Positions 18,840 to 26,520 of a DNA stretch of 64,000 nucleotides are shown one piece after another. The position numbers and the translations under genes were made by a program. Source of the stretch: Gemmatimonadota bacterium (GTDB lineage Bacteria; Gemmatimonadota; Gemmatimonadetes; Gemmatimonadales; GWC2-71-9); assembly GCA_036679645.1 (NCBI GenBank), contig JAZDCY010000042.1:32001-96000 (forward strand), written 5' to 3'. The notes beneath the pieces were generated by a model that ran no database searches, was not told the origin of the DNA, and saw only the letters and a program-made list of their open reading frames with translations. How positions within the stretch are numbered: the stretch's first letter is position 1; the number at the start of each line of letters is the position of its first letter.

Positions 18840-19111
18840 CCGGTGTGGGAGGCCAGCGCGCCCCGGACGATGTGCGAGACCCGGCTCCGGGTCTCGGCGA
18901 GCTTCGCGGGATCCCCGATCCCGCCCGACGCGAAGTGGGGCCGCCCACCACCCTTCCCCCCGCTCACCGCCGCTATCTCGCGCACGAGGTCACCCGCACG
19001 AAGGCCCCTCGATAGCAGATCATCGGTCACGCCTACGAATACGCCCGGCCTGTCGCCGGCGCTGAACAACACGTGCACCGCCCCGGATTCCTGCTCGCGA
19101 AACCGATCCAT
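18836..19111 (-). CDS. alaS: C-terminal DHHA1/C-Ala part of alanyl-tRNA synthetase (frameshifted)
   Basis: AGDLVREIAAVSGGKGGGRPHFASGG is the canonical AlaRS C-terminus. Confidence 0.8.
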   Translation of the reverse strand: MDRFREQESGAVHVLFSAGDRPGVFVGVTDDLLSRGLRAGDLVREIAAVSGGKGGGRPHFASGGIGDPAKLAETRSRVSHIVRGALASHTG

Positions 19112-21572
19112 CAGGACACCAATCTGACCGCGGTAGCTCCTCGACGGTTCCGCGCGCGGTACCCGACGACGAACCCTTGAGCAGATCCTCCATCTGCTTC
19201 TCTAGCTGGCGTCGTTCGTCAACTAACGATTCGATCTTGCGCGTCAGGTGTTCTGGCGTCGTACGCAGCGATTCGGACGCCGCATCGAGCCGCCGAGTCA
19301 AGGTACGGACCAAGTCGTACGCGCCGGGACCGGTCAGGGCCTCGATCCGCCGCACGCCAGCCGCCACACCAGATTCGCCCGAGAAGTGGAACAGGCCAAT
19401 CTGCCCTGTGCTGCGCACGTGCGTCCCGCCACACAACTCCACCGAGAGCCCTGGGATATCGACCATGCGCACACGATCGCCGTACTTCTCACCGAAGAGT
19501 GCCATGGCCCCCTTGGCGATCGCCTCGTCGTAGGACATCTCGTACGTGTTGACGTCCACGTTCCGCCAAATCCCTGCGTTCACCTCCTCCTCGATCACCC
19601 GCAACTCCTCGTCACCGATAGGGGCGTGGTGCGTGAAATCGAAGCGCAGCCGGTCGGGGGCTACGACCGATCCCGCCTGCCGCACGTGGGTGCCTAGCAC
19701 GTTACGAAGGGCCGCGTGCACGAGATGAGTGCCTGTGTGGTTGCGCTCGATATCGCGCCGCCGCTGCTCTTGGACAACCGCCTCGACCGTACCGGGCTCG
19801 AACGCCTCCGGTACCGGCCCGACCACTACCTGTTTGCCCTCCGACTTCACGACGTCGTCCACCACGAGTTCCCATCCCTCGCCCCGCACGGTCCCGGTGT
19901 CGCTCACCTGGCCGCCCGATTCGGCATAGAACGGGTTCTCGTGCAGGATCAGCGCGAGCCGTTCACTATCGCGACGGTAGGCTAGGATATCGGTTTCGGT
20001 CTGCGTTGTGTCGTACCCCACGAAGCGTTGGCGCTTGCGGGGGACCACCCGTTCCCAACGGCTCCCGCCCCGTACCCGACCGCTCCCGCCCAAGGCGAGC
20101 CCGAGCCCCACGGCGCCCGCACCCCGAACGGTTCGCGAGCGTTGCTGCTGGTCGGCCAAAGCGTGTTCGAAAGCCGCCGTCTCCACGGACCAGCCTTTCT
20201 CTTTGGCGATCACTTGCGTGAGATCGATGGGAAAACCGTAGGTGTCGTAGAGTTTGAAGGCGTCAGCTCCTGAGACCACGCCCGAACTGCCTTTCATGAT
20301 CTCTTCCAGGCGTCCGAGGCCGTCCTCGATCGTCTCGAGAAAACGTTGCTCTTCCGCGCGCGTCACGTTCTCGATGTGATCGCGTTTTTCCCGCAGCTCG
20401 GGATACACATCCCCCATCGTGTCCACGACGGTGAGCGTCAGGTGCACCAACGTCGGCTCGCTGCGACCGAGCAGGTATGCGTGTCTCACCGCGCGGCGCA
20501 GGATGCGGCGCAGCACGTAGCCGCGGTCCGAACTCGCGGGATAGACGCCGTCCGCCAATAGAAACGCGACGGCGCGGGCGTGATCTGCCAGCACCCGAAA
20601 GCCGACACCCTCGGGGCCCGGATCGTAGGGCCTGCCGAGCGTTTCTTCGGCCTGGCGCAGGATCGGCGCGAACAGATCTGTGTGGAAGTTCGAATCGACC
20701 TGTTGCAGCAATGAGGCAATCCGCTCGAGGCCGGCGCCCGTATCGACTGACGGGGCGGGCAGCGGGGTGCGGGTGCCGTCGGGTGCCTGGTCGAACTGCA
20801 TGAACACGAGGTTCCAGATCTCGAGCAGGCTGCCATCTTCGGCGATCTGTTCGAATTCGGATTGGGTGGGGGTGCCCGAGCCAGCTCTGCTCCCGGATAC
20901 CTTCCCAGATACCCCAGGGGCCCCCTCGCGCACCCCAGGGGTCCCGAGGAGTCCCTTGCGAACCCCGGGCTCACGCCCGGGGTCGGGGCTAGGTCCTCCT
21001 GATACCCCAGGCTGGCGCCTGGGGTCTGGTCTAAGGTCTACATATATCTCTGAACAAGGGCCGCAGGGGCCGGTGTCGCCCATTTGCCAGAAGTTGTCCT
21101 TGTCGCCGAGCCGGTAGATACGCGATTCGGCAAGGCCGGTCACTTCGTGCCAGAGTTTGGCGGCCTCGTCGTCGGTGTGGTGTACGGTCGCGAAGATGCG
21201 GTCGGGGGAAATACCGAGGTACTCTTCGGAGGTTACCCACTCCCATGCGTAGGCAATCGCGTCGCGCTTGAAGTAGTCCCCGAACGAGAAATTGCCGAGC
21301 ATCTCGAAGAAGGTGTGATGCCGCGCGGTATGCCCGACCTGCTCGAGATCGTTGTGTTTCCCGCCGGCGCGCACGCACTTCTGCGAGGTGACGGCGCGCG
21401 CGCAGTCACGTTTCTCGAGTCCCTGGAAGACGCGCTTGAACTGCACCATCCCGGCGTTGGTGAAGAGCAGGGTCGGGTCGTCGAGCGGTACGAGCGACGA
21501 CGACGCGACGTGTTGGTGATCGCGCGCTGTGAAGAAGTCGATGAACGATTGGCGGATTTCGTGGGCCTGCAT
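19020..21572 (-). CDS. alaS: Alanine--tRNA ligase (catalytic and editing domains; frameshift near 19130)
   Basis: DPTLLFTNAGMVQFK, HHTFFEMLGNFSFGDYFK, GPCGPCSEI, EIWNLVFMQ, NHTGTHL and ELCGGTH. Confidence 0.96.
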   Translation of the reverse strand: MQAHEIRQSFIDFFTARDHQHVASSSLVPLDDPTLLFTNAGMVQFKRVFQGLEKRDCARAVTSQKCVRAGGKHNDLEQVGHTARHHTFFEMLGNFSFGDYFKRDAIAYAWEWVTSEEYLGISPDRIFATVHHTDDEAAKLWHEVTGLAESRIYRLGDKDNFWQMGDTGPCGPCSEIYVDLRPDPRRQPGVSGGPSPDPGREPGVRKGLLGTPGVREGAPGVSGKVSGSRAGSGTPTQSEFEQIAEDGSLLEIWNLVFMQFDQAPDGTRTPLPAPSVDTGAGLERIASLLQQVDSNFHTDLFAPILRQAEETLGRPYDPGPEGVGFRVLADHARAVAFLLADGVYPASSDRGYVLRRILRRAVRHAYLLGRSEPTLVHLTLTVVDTMGDVYPELREKRDHIENVTRAEEQRFLETIEDGLGRLEEIMKGSSGVVSGADAFKLYDTYGFPIDLTQVIAKEKGWSVETAAFEHALADQQQRSRTVRGAGAVGLGLALGGSGRVRGGSRWERVVPRKRQRFVGYDTTQTETDILAYRRDSERLALILHENPFYAESGGQVSDTGTVRGEGWELVVDDVVKSEGKQVVVGPVPEAFEPGTVEAVVQEQRRRDIERNHTGTHLVHAALRNVLGTHVRQAGSVVAPDRLRFDFTHHAPIGDEELRVIEEEVNAGIWRNVDVNTYEMSYDEAIAKGAMALFGEKYGDRVRMVDIPGLSVELCGGTHVRSTGQIGLFHFSGESGVAAGVRRIEALTGPGAYDLVRTLTRRLDAASESLRTTPEHLTRKIESLVDERRQLEKQMEDLLKGSSSGTARGTVEELPRSDWCPDGSVSRAGIRGGARVVQRRRQAGRIRRRDR

Positions 21573-21634
21573 GGGGTGTAAGGTAATGCGGGAGGGAAGC
21601 CCGGGAAACGGGCAAGTTTATGGTGGGTAACGGA

Positions 21635-22903
21635 TTACATCGGTTGGTCCTTTGCGTTCGTAGATCCCTGACCCAGTGGTTGGGACGCCCAAAGTCTCTC
21701 GATCTCGGATACGAGCAACTCAGCAAACGATAAGGCGCATGTGAAGGCCGGTGAGACAGCGTTCAGCACGTGGAAAGACGAGTCATCCCCTTCGTACCGG
21801 AAGTCCATCTCCAACCGTCCGTTCCGGATGTCAACGAGCTGCGCGCGGATGCCTGGCGCCCCCCAGTCCCAGGCACTCACAGGTCCTACGCCGGTCACGA
21901 GACGACTAGCGCGGCGCAAGAGTCCTTTTCGCGTGAGCTTCCGGATCTCCTCCCAGGCGAGCGCACGGAACCCATCGGTGCCCCTGAGAAACAACCTCGA
22001 CTCCTGTCGTACGATTTCGATTGCATCGCGGAGACTGAAGCCCTTGAGTCCGCCGTAGTGCTCTCGCCAAAGCCCCGGCGTGGCAGTCGGTCCGATCTTC
22101 ACCCGGCCGTCCACCGCAACAGTCAAGTGCGCGCCAAGGAACGGCATGCGAAGATCTGGCACCGGATAGACGTGCGTTCCAAGACGCTCGCTCCCTTCGC
22201 GGGAGTAGAGATACCGACCGCGAAAGGGAACTATCCGGTGATCGCGCGCGAAGCCGAAGTCTCGGGCTACGCGATCGGCGTGGAGGCCGGCCGTATTGAC
22301 TACGTAACCGGGTGAAATCTCACCGGCAGAGGTTCGCACCTTCCCGCGCTTTCGCTCAAGGTACGCGACGCCTTGGAGGATACTGATTCCGTGAGCGCGC
22401 GCGTCGCCAGCCATGCGATCCAGGACACGGCGAGGATCAACGGTTGCAGTGGAGGGCGAGAAGAGCGCACGTCCGACCGTTCGGGCGCGCGGCTCGATCT
22501 CCCGAGCCTCCGCCTCGGTTACTTGCTGGAGTACAACACCGTTCACCTTCGCCCGTCGCGTGAGTTCGTCGAGCGCGGGATGGTCAGCCTCACGCTGAGC
22601 AACTACGAGCTTTCCGCATGAATTCAAGGGCAGCCCGTGCTCTTTGCAGTACGCCTGGAGACTTGCGTTTCCGTCTCGGGTAAGGCGTGCTTTGAGGGAA
22701 TCTGCGTGATAATAGAAGCCCGCGTGGAGCACACCGCTATTGCGTCCGCTAGCATGCATGCCCAACGCCGGTTCCTTCTCGATGACTATGACGCGAAGGT
22801 CAGGGTGCCGCCGGCGAAGCTCGCGCGCGAGGCTCACGCCTACGATCCCGCCGCCTACGACGAGAACATCCGTGGTTTTGGGAAGTTCAGAGACCACAGC
22901 CAT
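21635..22903 (-). CDS. lhgO: L-2-hydroxyglutarate oxidase-like FAD oxidoreductase
   Basis: GGGIVG, HASGRNSGVLHAG.YY..DSLKA, YPVPD...PFLGAH, GIRAQ and HVLNAVSPAFT. Confidence 0.85.
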   Translation of the reverse strand: MAVVSELPKTTDVLVVGGGIVGVSLARELRRRHPDLRVIVIEKEPALGMHASGRNSGVLHAGFYYHADSLKARLTRDGNASLQAYCKEHGLPLNSCGKLVVAQREADHPALDELTRRAKVNGVVLQQVTEAEAREIEPRARTVGRALFSPSTATVDPRRVLDRMAGDARAHGISILQGVAYLERKRGKVRTSAGEISPGYVVNTAGLHADRVARDFGFARDHRIVPFRGRYLYSREGSERLGTHVYPVPDLRMPFLGAHLTVAVDGRVKIGPTATPGLWREHYGGLKGFSLRDAIEIVRQESRLFLRGTDGFRALAWEEIRKLTRKGLLRRASRLVTGVGPVSAWDWGAPGIRAQLVDIRNGRLEMDFRYEGDDSSFHVLNAVSPAFTCALSFAELLVSEIERLWASQPLGQGSTNAKDQPM

Positions 22904-23010
22904 ACATCCTGCTTGGGCCAGGCACTACGCCCTCGTGTGCGAGGTTCGTGTATAACGCAATCAACCGAAGCAGAGCCTGCGCGAACGATCAACGAGCCGT
23001 CGCCAGACGG

Positions 23011-24096
23011 CTAGGTCAACTCCCGCACGAGGACATCGACGATCCGTCCGGCGGCGGCTCCATCCCACCCCTCGATGGAAGTCTCGCGGCGGCCTTCACT
23101 CAGAGCTTCGCGTGCGGCGGCAAGAATGGCGTCGCATGTAGACGAGACGAGGCGGTTCGTTCCCTTGGTGCACGTTATGGGGCGCTCGGTATTCGGGCGT
23201 ACGGTAACACACGGAATCCCGAGGTACGTACTCTCTTCCTGGAGCCCTCCCGAATCGGTCACGACGAGGGCGGCCTCCAGTTGCAACGAGAGCATGTCTA
23301 GGTACCCGACGGGGTCGACGAGCTTCACACCGGGTGGAGGCTTGAAACAGAGCTCATCGAGCTTCGACCGCGTGCGTGGATGGACGGGAAAGACCACGGG
23401 AACGTCTTTCGCGATCTCTGAAAGCCCTCCCATCACCTCTGCCAGCACTTCCGGATCGTCGACGTTCGAGGGCCGGTGCATCGTCGTCAGCGCGTACGGC
23501 TTGCCGGCTACTCCCAGACGTTCCGCCGCTTTCGATTCTCGCGCCCGCGGGAGCGCCCGCACGAGCGTATCGATCATGATGTTGCCGACGAAGTGGATCC
23601 GCTCGGCGGGGACGCCCTCCGCCAGCAGATTCTCATCGCCGTCACGTGACGGCGTGAAGAGCCAATCGGAGAGCCGGTCCGTGACGACGCGGTTGATCTC
23701 TTCGGGCATCGACCAGTCCCTGCTGCGGAGCCCAGCTTCCACATGACCTACGCGGATGCCCAGCTTGGCCGCCACGAGCGCCGCCGCCACGGTCGAATTT
23801 ACGTCTCCATAGACAAGTACAGCGTCGGGCCGGACGTCGTCGCAGACGCGCTCGAACCGCTCCATGATCGCCGCGGTCTGCCGCGCATGCGTGTCGGAAC
23901 CAACCTCGAGATTGCGGTCGGGTTCTTCGATATCGAGGTCGCGAAAGAACGCTTCCGACATCTCGATGTCGTAGTGCTGGCCGGTGTGAACGACCAGGTG
24001 CTCGATATCGGGGATGTCGTAGAGGGCCTGCGCAAGCGGGGCGAGCTTCATGAAGTTTGGGCGCGCGCCGACTACCGAGAGAACGCGGCGCGTCAA
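23011..24096 (-). CDS. wecB: UDP-N-acetylglucosamine 2-epimerase (non-hydrolysing)
   Basis: VVGARPNFMK, HTGQHYD, HVEAGLRS, MPEEINR, TDSGGLQEE and NTERP. TTG start overlaps the upstream stop. Confidence 0.95.
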   Translation of the reverse strand: MTRRVLSVVGARPNFMKLAPLAQALYDIPDIEHLVVHTGQHYDIEMSEAFFRDLDIEEPDRNLEVGSDTHARQTAAIMERFERVCDDVRPDAVLVYGDVNSTVAAALVAAKLGIRVGHVEAGLRSRDWSMPEEINRVVTDRLSDWLFTPSRDGDENLLAEGVPAERIHFVGNIMIDTLVRALPRARESKAAERLGVAGKPYALTTMHRPSNVDDPEVLAEVMGGLSEIAKDVPVVFPVHPRTRSKLDELCFKPPPGVKLVDPVGYLDMLSLQLEAALVVTDSGGLQEESTYLGIPCVTVRPNTERPITCTKGTNRLVSSTCDAILAAAREALSEGRRETSIEGWDGAAAGRIVDVLVRELT

Positions 24097-24866
24097 AAGA
24101 TCCGCGTGAGACCGAAGATCGTGGCTGGAAGGGTGATGAGGATCGTGAAGGCTCGCAGCGGCGTCTCGAGCCCACTTAACCCGGAGCCAGGCTCCGGCAC
24201 AAACAGCCGATCTCCCGCACGAATGCCCAATTCGTCGAGCGTCCGACCCTCGATGATCGCCTGGCTCAGCTCTCGGGAGTTCAAGAGACGTTGACCATTT
24301 CGCTCCCACACCAGCTCGTCGAGCCTAGCACCAGTACCCAGACCCACCGCCGTGATCACGTCACTGAGGAGCGCGTCCGAAGGAACGGTGCGGAATCCCG
24401 GTTGTCCTACAGCTCCTTCAAAAAGCACCCGCACCAAAGTTCGCGTTCGAACGACCGGATCCCGCACGTATTGCGCAATATGGGCCGTCGCCCGTTCCAG
24501 GAGCTCGGCCCGCAACACACCGCTCAGCGAGAGACTCCCGATGTCAGGCATCACTATGGCGGGACCGGTCTCGACGGTGAACGTGTCCGATAGCATCTCT
24601 TCGCGCTCGACGACGATGAGTATCCGGTCCCCCACCTGAAAATCTCCCCGCTCGAGCCGTGCCTCGATACGCTCCGCTTCGGCGCTGGCGCGGTCCCGTA
24701 GGTCTTGGCTATAGGCCGGCGATTCGGCAGAGAGCCGCATGCGCTGGAGCAGCGAGTCGAGACTCTGGCGGCTAGCGTAGCCCCGTCCGGATGGGGCACT
24801 GGGTCCCTGTGCCGCGAGCAGAGCGGGCAGCAACAGCGCGAGGAGTACTGCGGGAGTCTGTCTCAT
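24093..24866 (-). CDS. Polysaccharide export protein (Wza-like, Poly_export plus SLBB domains)
   Basis: Signal peptide, FQVGDRI, GAVGQPG, IRAGDRLFVP and a C-terminal amphipathic helix. Confidence 0.75.
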   Translation of the reverse strand: MRQTPAVLLALLLPALLAAQGPSAPSGRGYASRQSLDSLLQRMRLSAESPAYSQDLRDRASAEAERIEARLERGDFQVGDRILIVVEREEMLSDTFTVETGPAIVMPDIGSLSLSGVLRAELLERATAHIAQYVRDPVVRTRTLVRVLFEGAVGQPGFRTVPSDALLSDVITAVGLGTGARLDELVWERNGQRLLNSRELSQAIIEGRTLDELGIRAGDRLFVPEPGSGLSGLETPLRAFTILITLPATIFGLTRIF

Positions 24867-24892
24867 ACGAGGGAAGCTAACGACGCCGACCC

Positions 24893-25108
24893 TCAGTCAC
24901 GATCGCGCGCCGGCTGCAGGAGTGGGCCGTCCTCCGCCGCCAGCCCAAAGCGGGCGAGCTGGGAGAGCTTTGCCAGAAGCGCCGAGGTCGTATCCGCGTG
25001 ACTCAGAGATGCACCGCATGCCTCACACACCCGGTCGCCCCAATCGCGCTCGGGCGAGCCCTTGGAGCCGACGGCATTCGACGTTTCCTTGCAACGCAAG
25101 CAGATCAT
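24893..25108 (-). CDS. Small hypothetical protein with CxxC...CxxC (possible zinc ribbon)
   Basis: MICLRCK...VCEACG (71 aa), preceded by GAGGTG. Confidence 0.35.
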   Translation of the reverse strand: MICLRCKETSNAVGSKGSPERDWGDRVCEACGASLSHADTTSALLAKLSQLARFGLAAEDGPLLQPARDRD

Positions 25109-25399
25109 GCGCGTTTCACCTCTCGGCACTCCTGTGGAACATCTTCTGTCAGATCTCGTTTTCAAGTTTAGGGCCTTCATCCGCCTCGCACTGACGGATT
25201 GCGCTAAAGCGTGGCAGCGTAAAGCGTTGGACGTGGCAGATCCGGGGCCGGGCACCGGTCCCGGGCCCATGAAGAGGCGCGAGACGTTGCGTGATAGCGG
25301 CATCACCGTCCGAGCGTGTGGGTCCAGCGCACCACGGACGTGGCCGCCGGCCGGAGATAACTCCCAGCGTGAGGTGATGTTTTGGAGATGCGAGGGAAA

Positions 25400-25415
25400 G
25401 GGCACGACTCGTGCA
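25400..25415 (+). promoter_or_regulatory. sigma54 -24/-12 promoter candidate
   Basis: GGGCACGACTCGTGCA (GG-N10-GC) compared with the consensus TGGCACG-N4-TTGCA. Confidence 0.6.
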
Positions 25416-25506
25416 ACCCGAGCCACGAGTTCGAGACGTCTACGATGGCGGGCCCGAGGCCCTCATGACGGGACGCCTCAGCCCGACGGCCTCTCGGGAG
25501 CACATC

Positions 25507-26439
25507 ATGCCGGCAGGACGCTGGCACGGGCGCGCGCCGCTCGTGCTTATGATCAACGATCAGGAGTGGTCCACGCGATCGCTCGAGACGATCCTGGGAC
25601 CCAACGGGTACGCGATCCTGCGAGCGTACACGGGGCGGCTGGGCCTGGAGCGCGCGCGGAAAGCGCAACCGGACATGATCCTGCTCGACGAGAGCCTACC
25701 GGACATGAGCGGCCTTGAGCTCTGTCTAGCATTGCGCGACGATCCCTCCACTCGCCCCGGCACGCCGCTCATCATGACCACCTCCGGTCGCCCGACCCGC
25801 CAACAGCGTCTCGCCGCCCTAAGGGCAGGCGCCTGGGATTTCATGGGGCATCCGCTTGACGCCGAAGAACTGATCCTCCGCCTCGACACCTATGTCGGTT
25901 CGAAGTTGGCCGCCGACCGGGCGTGGGAAGAAGGGCTGCTCGATCGCCTCACCGGCCTCTACAACCTGCAGGGACTCGCGCGCCGGGCGCGGGAGCTGGG
26001 ATCGCAGGCCACGCGCCGGCACGACCCGCTCGCATGTGTGGTCTTTCGCATCGAGCTGCCGGAGGAAGCCCTCGACGACGACGGGACGCTCGAGGAGTCT
26101 GCCGCGCGGCTAGCGGGTCTCCTTCGCGATTCCGGGCGCGCGTCCGATGCCGTCGGCCGGGTCGGAAACTTCGAGTTCGCGGTCTATGCCCCAGGTACGA
26201 ACTCCGATGGGGCCGCGAGGCTCGCCGAGCGGATAGGCGACGCGCTGAGCGAAAAAGACGTCTTGCAGAACGGCTCCAGCCTGCGGGTGGGGTACCACGG
26301 CGTTGAGGACTTTGAAGCGGCCCACGTGGAACCGCTCGACCTCATGATCCACGCTACCGACGCTCTGCGTAAGGGAAGGCGTGAGAGCGGGCCGACGGAG
26401 TGGCTGCACCAATTCCAGTCAAACGCTGTGAGATCCTGA
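25507..26439 (+). CDS. Response regulator with degenerate GGDEF domain (PleD-like)
   Basis: REC domain (PDMILLDESLPDMSG), DRLTGLYN, and an active-site motif reading GNFEF. Start taken at the ATG after GGGAG. Confidence 0.82.
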   Translation: MPAGRWHGRAPLVLMINDQEWSTRSLETILGPNGYAILRAYTGRLGLERARKAQPDMILLDESLPDMSGLELCLALRDDPSTRPGTPLIMTTSGRPTRQQRLAALRAGAWDFMGHPLDAEELILRLDTYVGSKLAADRAWEEGLLDRLTGLYNLQGLARRARELGSQATRRHDPLACVVFRIELPEEALDDDGTLEESAARLAGLLRDSGRASDAVGRVGNFEFAVYAPGTNSDGAARLAERIGDALSEKDVLQNGSSLRVGYHGVEDFEAAHVEPLDLMIHATDALRKGRRESGPTEWLHQFQSNAVRS

Positions 26440-26520
26440 CGGAGTGCGCGGTTGTAGGGCGCACTGCGTGCGCCCCTATAAACGCCCACGCAGTGCGCCC
26501 CGACAACCCCGCCCCGCACC

